A DNA stretch of 61,491 nucleotides, counting the filler, from Pirum gemmata (taxonomy: Eukaryota), in assembly GCA_002812295.1 (NCBI GenBank). It is 19 parts of 19 records of this genome, joined end to end, with 100 filler letters (N's around TTAATTAATTAA, not from the genome) between each part and the next. Parts side by side here need not be neighbours in the genome. Positions count along the whole stretch, not along the records: positions 49,621 to 52,527 come from PDIN01004217.1; positions 52,628 to 55,517 come from PDIN01004218.1; positions 55,618 to 58,508 come from PDIN01004219.1; positions 58,609 to 61,491 come from PDIN01004220.1; 15 more parts are not named here. The stretch is one strand, 5' to 3'. A program made the translations under genes and the position numbers. Below, in pieces: positions 50,444-61,491 of this stretch. Every line of letters begins with the position of its first letter. Positions within the stretch are counted from its first letter, which is position 1. The notes below the pieces were generated by a model. That model worked only from the letters and a program-made list of their open reading frames with translations, was not told the origin of the DNA and did not search any database.

Positions 50444-50604
50444 ATTTCCCAGTATTAATATTAATAACGAAAAAAAAAATAATTGAAGTCCACTAGCCGT
50501 AAAACATATTGTTATTAATATATTACTATTATTTCTATTATTATTTTTTATAATATTATATTTTATATTATCATTACTATAACTATTTATACTTCTATCG
50601 TTAC

Positions 50605-50647
<43 letters not shown>

Positions 50648-51012
50648 TTATTATTATTTATTACTTATTACTAAACCGTTACTATTATTCTTATTCTTAT
50701 TCTTATTATTATTATTTTATTATTATTATTTATTACTTATTACTAAACAAAGTCTTGCCAGAAAGAAAAAAAAATATCAAGTTATAAAAAGTATATTAAA
50801 AAAAATTCGAAAATATTTATAAAATATAAAACAAATAAAAAATATAGTAAAAAAAAATCGAATATATACTACTACTATAATAAAAAATAAATATTTTTTT
50901 TAAAAAACAATTAATGAGCATTCAAAATTAATTAAAATGTATCGAATAGATTTGATATAGTATACGCGTTTATAAAATACTTACCCTAACCCTAACCCTA
51001 ACCCTAACCTCG

Positions 51013-51370
51013 GACAAAACAGTGTCAATCTTACTTAATAATTATACATAATTTAGCTCATAATCTGACCCTATCAGATGAAAATTCTAAGCTTTCATAT
51101 TGCAATATAAGCCATTAAAATGGCAATCTTCAGACAAAACGGTGTCAATCTTACTATTAATTACTAGCTATTAATTATACATAATTTAGCTCATAATCTG
51201 ACCCTATCAGATGAAAATTCTAAGCTTTCACATTGCAATATAAGCCATTAAAATGGCAATTATCGAAAAAATATTTAAAAGTGACCGTCATTAATGAATA
51301 TTCCCCAAACTTCAGACAAAACAGTGTCAATCTTACTATTAATTATACATAATTTAGCTCATAATTTTCT
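51013..51370. repeat. Tandem triplication containing MITE-C internal sequence and right TIR
   Basis: GACAAAAC(A/G)GTGTCAATCTTACT...ATTATACATAATTTAGCTCATAAT at ~51013, 51133 and 51315. CTATCAGATGAAAATTCTAAGCTTTCA is shared with 17320-17348. Confidence 0.8.
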
Positions 51371-51379
51371 AAGATAATA

Positions 51380-52303
51380 TTATATATTAATATCCATTGC
51401 TTGTTCCAAATTATTGTAATTATCAACTGTTTCCTTCTTTATTTTCGTTATTTTCAATTCACTGGGGTTATTATTATTACTCTGTAACTGTTTATCATCA
51501 TTTATATCAACGACAACCATATCATAATTAAGCATATCAACAACTACATTTCCATCTTTTTCACTTTTACTGTAATTACTATCATGATTATTAATTATAA
51601 CGCAACAAGGGTCCACTACAGAAACAGAATTATCAACACTTGTAACAACTGTGCACGGTTTATTTGGGTATTTAAAGGCTAATATTAAAGCAATGACATT
51701 CAAAACAGTTCCTATAGCATTAGGCAAAATAAACAACACATCGCCCTGAACAGTAGCACCGAAAGTAGCCCATAAACTAGAATTAAGTAAAGCGATACAT
51801 AACATAGGCTTTTGAAAATATCTTGAATTTTTTTCTTTAATGACGGTATATATTAAATTAAGAGGTGAAGCATAATAGACAACAGAAAATAAACAACCTA
51901 ACACACCAGCGACTAATTGACTAGTTTCCTGTGGTATGTAACCCGCAGTAAATCCAACACTACCGATAACAGAAAGGGAAATTATAATTTGTATTTCTAC
52001 TATTCTTTTCTTTTGTTTATTAGTAGTCATGGAATAAATAACTAAAGTTGACCAGGTAGAACATAAGACGGATAAAAAGCAATTCCAAAAGACAAAAGGT
52101 TGAAAATCGTGTACCAAAGCGTAGAGAACAAAACTTAAACCAAAACCAAACAAAGAAGAATAAGGGAAAATGTCAAAAACATCTTTTTGCTCTTTTTCTT
52201 GAGCCCTATAAATTTTAGGAATGGACACTGAACTCATCATAACACAGAGAATAGCCCCTAAAGAAGGAACTACGTAAGTTTCGATTATATAAGTAGCTGT
52301 CAT
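51380..52303 (-). CDS. SWEET: SWEET (MtN3/saliva) sugar transporter, 7 TM, intronless
   Basis: Two MtN3 repeats: VVPSLG...IPKIYR...IFPY...VLYA...N and YYASPLNLIYTVIKEKNS...LNSSLWATFG...DVLFILPNAIG...KYP, followed by a cytosolic tail. Confidence 0.93.
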   Translation of the reverse strand: MTATYIIETYVVPSLGAILCVMMSSVSIPKIYRAQEKEQKDVFDIFPYSSLFGFGLSFVLYALVHDFQPFVFWNCFLSVLCSTWSTLVIYSMTTNKQKKRIVEIQIIISLSVIGSVGFTAGYIPQETSQLVAGVLGCLFSVVYYASPLNLIYTVIKEKNSRYFQKPMLCIALLNSSLWATFGATVQGDVLFILPNAIGTVLNVIALILAFKYPNKPCTVVTSVDNSVSVVDPCCVIINNHDSNYSKSEKDGNVVVDMLNYDMVVVDINDDKQLQSNNNNPSELKITKIKKETVDNYNNLEQAMDINI

Positions 52304-52350
52304 ATTTTCAATAATATAATTATAATAATATAATTAATAATTACGTGTAC

Positions 52351-52387
<37 letters not shown>

Positions 52388-53251
52388 GTAATAATAATAA
52401 TATAATAATAATAATATGTGTACGTGTATATAATAATAATAATAATATATAGTAATTATTAATGATAATTAATAATAATAATAATAATTTATAATAATAA
52501 TTTATAATAATAATATATTTAAAATAANNNNNNNNNNNNNNNNNNNNNNNNNNNNNNNNNNNNNNNNNNNNTTAATTAATTAANNNNNNNNNNNNNNNNN
52601 NNNNNNNNNNNNNNNNNNNNNNNNNNNTATTTATTTATTTATTTAAATTATTTAAATTATTTAAATTACTTATTTATTCATTTATTTATTTATTTAAATT
52701 ATTTTTAAATTATTTATTTATTTATTTATTTATTTTAAAAATGATATTAAAATCAATGAAATATAGATAATGATGCGCCTAAACAGTGCTTATTGAATAA
52801 TAATATCAATGATTGTACTACTATGATCAGCTTAGTTCTAAAGTCAGCGTGAGGGGCGAAAGGGACCATGGTCCTAGGACCATAGGACCATGGTCCATGG
52901 AAACATTGGAAAGTTGGAAACAGTGGAAAGATTCCAGGGAAAGTATCATATCAGATTCTGTATTTGGTGGTTTAATTCTACTTTTTTGGATTTTTAGTCT
53001 ATCATACCGGTAATTATTTACTAGTATTTTTATTATCATATTTATTTCTAAAGACAAATGTGGTGTCACTTTCTAAATAAAGAATCGACTGTGGGCGATG
53101 GAATACTGATGGAATAGCTAGCTAGTAGTATCACAGTATCGAATACTATGGTATCGATAGCTACACAGTGCACACTATGAGCACTATGAGTATGAGCAAG
53201 GACTTCAAAAAAAGAACCTAAAAAAAAAAAAAAAAAAAAATGGACAATTTG

Positions 53252-53288
<37 letters not shown>

Positions 53289-53566
53289 ATGGACTCTTTA
53301 AAAAAAAACAAAAAAAAAAGAGAAGAAAAAGAACAAAAAGTCTCGTGACTCACAACAAGAAAGAGGCCCTGGCCGTGAAAAAGCTTGGCTGGCTTGGTAG
53401 CCGTTTTCGTCAAGAAATACGAGCTTTTTTTTGTGTCTTTAGTTTATCTCTAGCTAGCTATCCAGTTTCTCTTTTTACGGTATCGAGTTGAATGTTTGAG
53501 AAATGTTCAGATCGAAGAAATACTATCAGTAGCTCTATCAGTCCTTTCAAGATGAATGCTGCGGTA

Positions 53567-53640
53567 TTTAAAAACTTCAAATTAAATATTATAACTAACC
53601 AAATAAATATTCAGAGTGACAAAATAAATGAAAATACAAT
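53567..53640 (+). mobile_element. MITE-A 3' portion
   Basis: AAATATTATAACTAACCAAATAAATATTCAGAGTGACAAAATAAATGAAAA. Confidence 0.75.
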
Positions 53641-54362
53641 AACTTCTTTTTAAATTTTACCATGCTATCGATATTCAATAAATTACCAAAAAAACACTAA
53701 AAAAATTCAAAACTAGTTTTTAACTGGTATGAAATAGCTTATGAAATCATAGTAAAAAAAAGCAAAAAAAACGAGAAAAAAACCAGAAAAAAACGCAATT
53801 TTTTTTTTCGGGGAGGCTGATTATTGGTGAAAATCCAGCAAATTAAAATTTGAGGGTCAAACAATCCTCAAATAATCTCAAAAAAATAATCTAAAGGTCA
53901 AATAATTGAGTCCAAATTTTCTTGCATACGTGACTAGGCATATGTGATCATCATCAGCTCCAGTGCTACTCTATTACTATTGAGATCATTCATCAGCCAG
54001 AGATCAGTGTATGGACTTCTATATATGCTTGGAGAGCTCTAGTAGTCTACTAACAGCTGTCTCACTAAAGCTATATGGCTCGACTCGAGACAACAAAAAT
54101 ACAAAAACAATATATGTTTTAATTAATTAATTAAAAACACATGATGTGCAAACTGAAAGACTTAGTTTATAATCAGCAACTACAAGAATATCCTTAGTAC
54201 GAGCATATTTAACGATATACCTTTCAATATGATACCTTAACCTTATTAAAACTAAGCAACAACATATTATATTTTCTAATAATAAAGATTTATCATATGC
54301 ATTTTGCATATGTCATTAATTTTTTTTATGACACAAGTTGGCTCTCGAGAGTTGGCTCTGAC

Positions 54363-54511
54363 GGAAGCGTTCAAATACTACATAACGCCAATTTCCGGTC
54401 GAATACAGCTTCAAATACCCCTATCTACCTACCCCTCGACGTTAATTTCTGGTCAAATACCACTTACCTACCTAGTACCTACCCCTTGACGTGACGTATT
54501 ATTTGAATGCC
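54363..54511. mobile_element. MITE-F, ~150 bp, Harbinger-like TIRs
   Basis: GCGTTCAAATACTACATAACG ... CGTGACGTATTATTTGAATGC is an imperfect inverted repeat. Paralog at 4028-4120; similar end at ~33409. Confidence 0.65.
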
Positions 54512-54973
54512 AGCTAGCTAGCTAGTAGTAGAGCTGGTAAGTTCTAACTATGATACTCTAGCTAGCTAGCTAGACCCTGGCGTCTAGCAACTACTATCGA
54601 TATCGGGATAGCTGAAGGTGGTTGGTTAGGGTGGAATAAGGAAGGGCCTTGGTTTTGCGAAATTTTGTGATTTTCGTTTGTGACTTGAACTCTAATTTTT
54701 ATTGGATAAACTTTTATTATTTGGTGACTTTTGTTTCGGTACAGCCAATATCTGTTGTATTATTGGTTTTGGTGTATTTTAGCTATTTCTTATTGGTTAA
54801 ATTTGATCAGCGTTTGCTGTTTTCTGTGGTGCAAAGAGGTCAAGAAGTCGTCAAGTGGTTACAAATTACAATTTTCTGTGGGTCAAAGCGATGGATGGGT
54901 GAAAAAGGAAACCCATGTAATAAGTCACGTAATTCGCCGCGAGGATCCTCTGAGGACCTCACATTATTATTAT

Positions 54974-55040
<67 letters not shown>

Positions 55041-55698
55041 CGTAAATTTCATTTTTGAGCATTTTTGAGTCTCTTCTTTTTTTATTAGATAGTTTTAATT
55101 TTAAAATGGGTAGCGCTAATTTTAACAAATAAATGTAAAAATTATCATTTTTATTAAACTGTATCAATATTTTAATGTTTTGGTTTGATTAGTTTACATT
55201 TTTTTAGAACAACAAAAATATGATGAGTCATTGATGACTAATAAATTTTTTTTTATTTGAAAGACAAACTAAGGGATTGTTCAATCAGGACGTCCTCCTT
55301 TTGTGAAGGTAAGGGGCAATTGAACAAGAGCATTATTAGGATGGGTGGGTGGCAAAATGGACAGATAGGGCTTCAAGGTTACAAAAACGAAGGATGTTTT
55401 TTTTGAACAACCCCTAAGACGAAATTTTTTAGAAACCTTGACAAGATGCATTTTTTTATATTTTTTTATACCATAAATTAGATAAATTATAAAAGGCTTT
55501 TCCAAAAGAAAAAAGAANNNNNNNNNNNNNNNNNNNNNNNNNNNNNNNNNNNNNNNNNNNNTTAATTAATTAANNNNNNNNNNNNNNNNNNNNNNNNNNN
55601 NNNNNNNNNNNNNNNNNATAATAATAATAATAATACCATTTAAAAAATAATATATTAACAAATACTGCAATTAATAATATTTACATACTAACGTTACA

Positions 55699-57327
55699 AT
55701 GAGGACAACAAAAACCAGTAGTGAGAGTTATTTGGGGTTATATCTAAATATAAAAAAACAACACAAAAAAGAAATAAATTGCATTCGTAAACAACGAGCT
55801 AAACAACCACAACGTATTATAACAAGAAAAGAAAGGCACGATGAGAGACTTAAACAACAACAGCTTGCTATATTAAAATCTATACAGCAACAGCAACCAC
55901 AACCACAACCACAACCACAAGAACAACCACAACCACAACCACAACCACAACCACAACCACAACCACAACCACAACCACAATCCCAACCACAACCACAACA
56001 ACCACAACCACAACCACAACAACTACAACAACCACAACAACCACAACAATCACAACAACCACAACAACCACAACAACCACAACATAATAAAAATAACAAT
56101 AATAAGTTTATCAACGACACAATAACACAATATAGAGCCGAATGTGATCAATTATCTAAAGAATGGGACTTGCAGAGCATTGATAATATACCAAAAGAAA
56201 TATGTGATAGGATAAAGCTAACTTGTGGGATACAGACGTGCAATGCTTTAATTGATATGGTGATACGTTGGGTTAATGGGTCAGATCCTGCCTGGTTAAA
56301 TCGTTCAAATAAGGCTAAAAACCTAACATCAACCCACTCACATGGCAATACGGAAATCGGTCAAAGCAGTATGCGTTTCCGAGAACTAAATCAACTAAAA
56401 TATTTATTAAGAAGTATAGAAGCAAACACTAAACAAATCACCCGTCGTATTTTCATAATCACTCAAAATCAATGGCCGAGTTATTTAATCCCTGCTGAAT
56501 TAACATTAAGATATAGGTTAATTAGTCATAAAGAATTATTTATTATGAAATATGGATTAGAAAAAAGCAATTCTTTGTTCGGAAAGCAGGGTTGGGAGTC
56601 TTTTAACTCTATTGCTATTGATGCTTTGATCCCGTTTATCCATACCTTAAGTGAGCATTATTTGGTTCCTGATGACGATGTGGTATTCGTTAAAGACACC
56701 CCATTATCTGTTTTTTATGATAGGCAAACAAAGAAAGCCAAATGGGATGTTTGGTCGTGGGCTCCAGTTTTTAAAAATAATAATTACTTAAAGAACTTAC
56801 AAAGTAATAATCAATACTTAATTCCAAACGATAAACAATATAATCAAAAATTGGTTGATGAAACTTCTTGGTGGCAACGTAGTTTTGATGTTGGTCAAAA
56901 ATTAAGTAAAATAAGTCAATGTGTGGGTAGAGGTTCGCAATGTTATTTGCCACAACATGCCCCAATGTTAATGAACCGCAATTTATTAAAACGATTGTGG
57001 CATGATAATGATTATGATTTCGAGTTTAGTGTAATTAATCATAAGTTTAGAACTGACTTTGAACCTGAGTTTAGACTCACCTCTGTAGTAGCTGGTGGTG
57101 ATGAATTATATTTCTGTACAAAAGGAAGAACAACATTTTTTGATGGATTTACTCGTCATAATTATCAAACGTTGCTTAGGGATTTAAAAAGTAGTGTACG
57201 TACCCCTAATATATATACGGTTGGGTTGAATGATGATTTTGCCTCTGATTATGAGGAAAGTATGGGATTAGAAATTGAAAAAGCTTACGAAAGTATTTTT
57301 AGTGAAAAAACGAAATTCGAATTATAG
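55699..57327 (+). CDS. Stealth-family hexose-1-phosphate transferase (GNPTAB/capsule phosphotransferase-like); probably a terminal exon
   Basis: CR1 IDMVIRWVNGSDPAW; CR2 RFRELNQLKYLLRSIEAN...RRIFIITQNQWPSYL...ISHKELF...FNSIAID...LSEHYLVPDDDVVF; CR3 PQHAPMLMNR...HKFR; CR4 GLNDD. A (QP)n stem precedes CR1. TACTAAC at 55686-92 and the lack of a TM anchor suggest a missing upstream exon. Confidence 0.92.
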   Translation: MRTTKTSSESYLGLYLNIKKQHKKEINCIRKQRAKQPQRIITRKERHDERLKQQQLAILKSIQQQQPQPQPQPQEQPQPQPQPQPQPQPQPQPQSQPQPQQPQPQPQQLQQPQQPQQSQQPQQPQQPQHNKNNNNKFINDTITQYRAECDQLSKEWDLQSIDNIPKEICDRIKLTCGIQTCNALIDMVIRWVNGSDPAWLNRSNKAKNLTSTHSHGNTEIGQSSMRFRELNQLKYLLRSIEANTKQITRRIFIITQNQWPSYLIPAELTLRYRLISHKELFIMKYGLEKSNSLFGKQGWESFNSIAIDALIPFIHTLSEHYLVPDDDVVFVKDTPLSVFYDRQTKKAKWDVWSWAPVFKNNNYLKNLQSNNQYLIPNDKQYNQKLVDETSWWQRSFDVGQKLSKISQCVGRGSQCYLPQHAPMLMNRNLLKRLWHDNDYDFEFSVINHKFRTDFEPEFRLTSVVAGGDELYFCTKGRTTFFDGFTRHNYQTLLRDLKSSVRTPNIYTVGLNDDFASDYEESMGLEIEKAYESIFSEKTKFEL

Positions 57328-57812
57328 TACAAGTGAATTTGTTGAGTTTATAAACTAAAGTAATTATTTATTTGTTGAGTTTATAAACTAAAGCAATATT
57401 TTTTTGGTATATTATAAAAATTGAAAATGCTTGCTTACGAAAGTATTTTAATTAAGTGAAAAAACGAAATTTGAAATAATAAAATATAATAAAAACTGAA
57501 ATAATTTATAAAAACTTAACATTATTTTTATTATTAGTATTTTTTTTAGAAATTTTTTATAACTATAATCTATTATCTTTATCTTTTTAAATTTGTTTTT
57601 CCAAAATTTAAATAATGAAACCAATAAAATAAGAGTATTAATACTAATTATAACTTATTACGAGTTACACAAAGCACATTATTATCTTTTTTTTTTTTTT
57701 AGTTAGTTTGTTTGTTAGTTTGTATTAATAACAGTTGTTTGTGCGTATTTTAAAAAATCACGTTTTGTTTTGTCCTTTTTTTTTTTATTAATTAAACACT
57801 AGTCTACTTCCT

Positions 57813-58035
57813 GGTAGCTAAAACTACATACAGAAACCATTTTTTTCAAGTTCTTTTCAAAAAACATATTATTAATGCCAACTAGCCAAATTTTTATTCA
57901 ATACTGGTCATTGGATCATAACAGTTTCTTAGTTAGTAAGATTATTATTGACATTTTGATAGTACTTTCACTTTGGATGATTTTAAGATTTTGTCAGATT
58001 TTGAGCTCATATTGAGGATTTCGCAGTGCATCTGA
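57813..58035 (+). mobile_element. MITE-E diverged copy
   Basis: ACTAGCCAAATTT...ACTGGTCATTGGATCATAACAGTTTC...TTTTGATAGTACTTT...TTTTGAGCTCATAT matches 44588-44725. Confidence 0.7.
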
Positions 58036-58053
58036 TAAACTGATAATACTAAT

Positions 58054-58085
<32 letters not shown>

Positions 58086-58353
58086 GATAATGATGATAAT
58101 AATAATAATAATATAATAATTAATAATAATAATAATAATAATAGTAATAATAATAATAATAATGATAATAATAATAATAATGATAATAATAATAATAATG
58201 ATAATAATAATGATAATAATAATGATAATGATATGAAACAACTACAACAACAGCAACAGCTACTACAACAACAACAACTATTACAACAACAACAACTAGA
58301 ACAATTGCTACAACAACAACAACTATTACTACAACAACAACTAGAACAATTGC

Positions 58354-58409
<56 letters not shown>

Positions 58410-59399
58410 GAACAAGAACAAGAGCAAGAGCACAAACAAGAGCAAGAACAAGAACAAGAACAAGAACAATTGCTATTAGGACAAGAACAAGAACAAGACA
58501 TGTGCGAGNNNNNNNNNNNNNNNNNNNNNNNNNNNNNNNNNNNNNNNNNNNNTTAATTAATTAANNNNNNNNNNNNNNNNNNNNNNNNNNNNNNNNNNNN
58601 NNNNNNNNAAAAAAAAAAAAAAAAAAAAAAAAAAGCGATCACATTAATTTATTGTAACAAGATCCCGAGCAGTAAACTTTTTGAAAAAAATCAAGGAAAG
58701 GTCTAACCAAACTAGGCTAGCTACACCTAGCTAGACAAGCTACTCTGACGCAGTCTACTTAGACTCCACTACAAAATAAATTCATACTATTTCATAGACA
58801 GTAGTCGATCACCAGAGTCGATCGGGATTCGAAAACATCTAAAGGCAAATCAAAAAACATTCGAGAATATAACATACGAAATCTTGATTGGTCTACAGAC
58901 TAATTGGAAACAAAACTATGATAATAATAATAATATTATGATAAAAGAACTATATATTAGGTTGATTTATGATAGAGGAAAAGTGTACTCGATATAAACT
59001 ATGATAGCTAGACTACTACAGTCACGATAAAAGCACTGCTAGCTAGCTAGAGCTACTGGCTAGCTAGCTAGCTAGCTAGGAATAGTCTAGCTGATAAGGA
59101 TGATTAGACTGATCGTAGTGTCACTGTGTCAGTGTCACTATGATAGATTGGCAGTGATAGCTACTAGCTAGCTAGCTAGCTAGCTTGTATAAAAGCAAGA
59201 GTTTTATGAATTTATCATAATATTATGATAGTGGTTTTATCTTTTGATAAAAGATATCGATATGCATACTCATTGCATAGTCCTGCTAGCTAGACACTAC
59301 TAGCTAGCTAGACACTGCCCTACTAGCTAGAGAGCTAGCTAGGCCTAGCTACTAGCTAGCTAGACTACCAAGGACTCTAAAAAAAAATTGGAGTCTTGA

Positions 59400-59785
59400 C
59401 AAGCCAAAGAGTCAAAGTGACAAAGACCCCTTTTTTTCCTGGGGTCTTTGCTAAAGGGGGGGGTCTTTGCTAAAGGGGGGTCTTTGCTAAAGGGGGTCTT
59501 TGCAACAACGCAGACTGTAGAAAAAGCCAAACGGAGTCTAGCTAGCTAGTAGCTAGCTAGAGAGCTATGATAGCTAGCTACTATCATATTATTATCATAT
59601 CGTATCATATCGTATCATATCAATATCATATTATCATAATATGATACAAAGAGTCAAAGACCCCTTGTTTTTCATGTCTTTGCTATCAATAGCCAGATAT
59701 CATAGCTAATGGATACATTCAAGGAGTTCAAAAAAAGTATTTTTTGGAACTCCTTTGTTGAATCTTGACAAAAGACTCTTTTCTA
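59400..59785. repeat. Cluster of GGGGTCTTTGCTAAA tandem units (x4) with inverted CAAAGACCCC copies
   Basis: Tandem at 59441-59503; CAAAGACCCC at 59421 and ~59655; CAAAGAGTCAAAG occurs twice. Confidence 0.7.
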
Positions 59786-59951
59786 AAGAACTACACCTCT
59801 ATGATATCATAGTATCATAGTATTATAATTATAATAGTCTACCAAGCCCTATTGATAGCTTGAAGTCTTAGTATTATCGTGTGATATCATAGTAGTATTA
59901 TAATTATAATAGTCTACCAAGCCCTATTGATAGCTTGAAGTCTTAGTATTA

Positions 59952-60136
59952 TCGTGCTTTTCATTTATTTTGTCACTCCAAATATTTATTTGGCTGTTTA
60001 TATTATTTAAATTGATACTTTAAAATAAATAAATATATAATAAAATATACAAAATTATATGAAATGGATTTATATTGTATTAATTTGGTACTATTTATTG
60101 TATATTTTATGACGACAAAATAAATGAAAAGCACGA
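59952..60136 (-). mobile_element. MITE-A full 185-bp copy (reverse), TA-flanked
   Basis: TA|TCGTGCTTTTCATTTATTTTGTC ... GACAAAATAAATGAAAAGCACGA|TA, a perfect 23-bp TIR. Preceded by a ~74-bp tandem duplication (59810-59956). Confidence 0.92.
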
Positions 60137-60826
60137 TAGCTACTTATCATAGTATCATATCGATAGTCATACTAGCATAGTCATAACACTTTTAATTAAC
60201 ATTATCATTATAAATGATAAAAGTAGTCTATAATTATCCTTTTTTTTTTTTGATAGACTATATCCAACATGATTATATTATCTACTCTACTAGCTAGCTA
60301 GTAGCTAGTCTATCAAGCATCATAGTCAATTTATAAATATCACGATATGATAAATGATCATAAGAGTATATCGTACCCTACTAGTTAGTATATATACACT
60401 AACGCAGTCCTAACCCTAACCCAAAACTCTTTAACGATTATATAAATATAATATTATCATACATAGTTTTAGGCCAAAGGTTTTTGGTAAAACTGATTTT
60501 AAAATCGAGAATACACTTATAACGTCTTATAACGCTACCACGCGTAATTTGTATATACGTTTTGTGGCTGGTTTGTGTCACTTTGTGACACTCTCCATAA
60601 AGGGATTATAGTATATATATATATAGCAAAAAAAACGGCGGAGTTTATGGGTATGCAGCATATTGGAGGCCGAAGGCCGACCCGACATACCCCGAAGGCG
60701 TCGGTGATAATAATATTAATATCACTCGATATTGTTTATTTATCATATATATTCTCAGATAGTATCACCAGCTATATTAATTACCTAATAGTATCGGAAT
60801 ATTCACAGATAATATCACCAGCTATA

Positions 60827-61491
60827 CTACTTACTTATTTTCATTCGGTTGCTATTACTACTACAATAATCATCATGACACTTATTGCAGGTAATAATTC
60901 CCAATGATTGGTTTTGCTCATGATCAGAGCAGAAAGAATGGGAGCATTTATGTGCCATTTCTACTTCTTTGTTACATACAGTGCAAGCTCGAGCCGTTTC
61001 CGTGGTTGTGGAATTTATCATACAAGAATTGCATATTATGTTTTCATAATCTGTATCATTTTCAACGTTGGAACACTGTTTATGTACTTTACTTTTACAA
61101 GTTTTACACGTAAAAGTAAATCCACATTCTTTGATGCGCAAAATCATTGCTACTACTATTATTATTATTATCAAAATTAGTGTCAATAAAAGCAATGCAG
61201 CCACGTTTAGCAACGTTTTTTTTACTAGTTTTCTTATTGACCAATAGTCCACATGGGGGTTTCTGTTTTTTGCAATACGCACAAGAGGAAGTTGAAACAT
61301 TTTGTTTTCCTACCGATTTTTCTCTCTCTATTCTAATTTCTCTCTTTATAATCTTTCACTCTCCATTTTCACCTGTTCCTCTATTTTAGCAATCTTTTCA
61401 ATCTTTTCAACATGGCATACAACAGCTTGACGTAATACTGATCTGGATTTAGGATTAATGTTTGCAGTTCTAATTATATTCTTATCCTCAT
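60827..61491 (-). pseudogene. Decayed ORF with two tandem PHD-like zinc fingers, probably transposon-derived
   Basis: CKTCKSKVHKQC...IICNSC and CTVCNKEVEMAHKCSHSFC...ITCNKC. Upstream coding-like frames (CAYCKKQKPPC; a charged helical stretch) are separated by stops and frameshifts. Confidence 0.55.

Noticed and set aside
37379..57327. Apparent cluster of peroxidase, deoC, ProX-like, SWEET and Stealth genes as a sugar or surface pathway, or an endogenous giant-virus region
   Set aside because: Each gene is on a separate contig joined by artificial linkers, several have spliceosomal introns, and no viral core genes are visible.
58233..58508. Poly-Q/QE ORF
   Set aside because: Pure low complexity at a contig end; cannot be distinguished from a non-coding (CAA)n microsatellite.

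Overview
This is an AT-rich eukaryotic draft assembly, not a contiguous locus. Nineteen short contigs (mostly about 2.9 kb) are joined by 18 identical 100-bp N44-TTAATTAATTAA-N44 linkers, so adjacency across linkers carries no biological meaning. TTAGGG repeats, GTAAGT donors, a TACTAAC branch point, standard stop codons and microsatellite-filled introns suggest a protist. A unicellular holozoan would fit, but the sequence alone cannot establish this. Recognisable genes or exons: a TPR protein with an OB-like domain, an EsV-1-7-repeat protein, a probably GPI-anchored heme peroxidase, deoxyribose-phosphate aldolase (exon 1), a secreted ProX/OpuAC-like binding-domain protein, a SWEET transporter and a Stealth-family phosphotransferase. 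The non-coding DNA is dominated by mobile elements: a decayed L1/Tx1 LINE with an apparent 5' inversion, about 15 copies of a 185-bp TA-flanked MITE, several Harbinger-, hAT- and piggyBac-like MITEs, and two fully palindromic mini-elements (one with an exact 4-bp TSD). The best leads are (i) an EsV-1-7 giant-virus-type Cys repeat fused to a Q-rich region and a terminal EH1-like motif, (ii) the 107-bp TG..CA hairpin transposon, (iii) 'TA-punctuated' tracts that may be accumulated excision footprints, (iv) a ProX-like eukaryotic ectodomain, (v) an MxLRSG orphan protein and (vi) a GAA-triloop hairpin structure beside a decayed PHD-like ORF. All family assignments come from motif recognition by eye; no searches were run.
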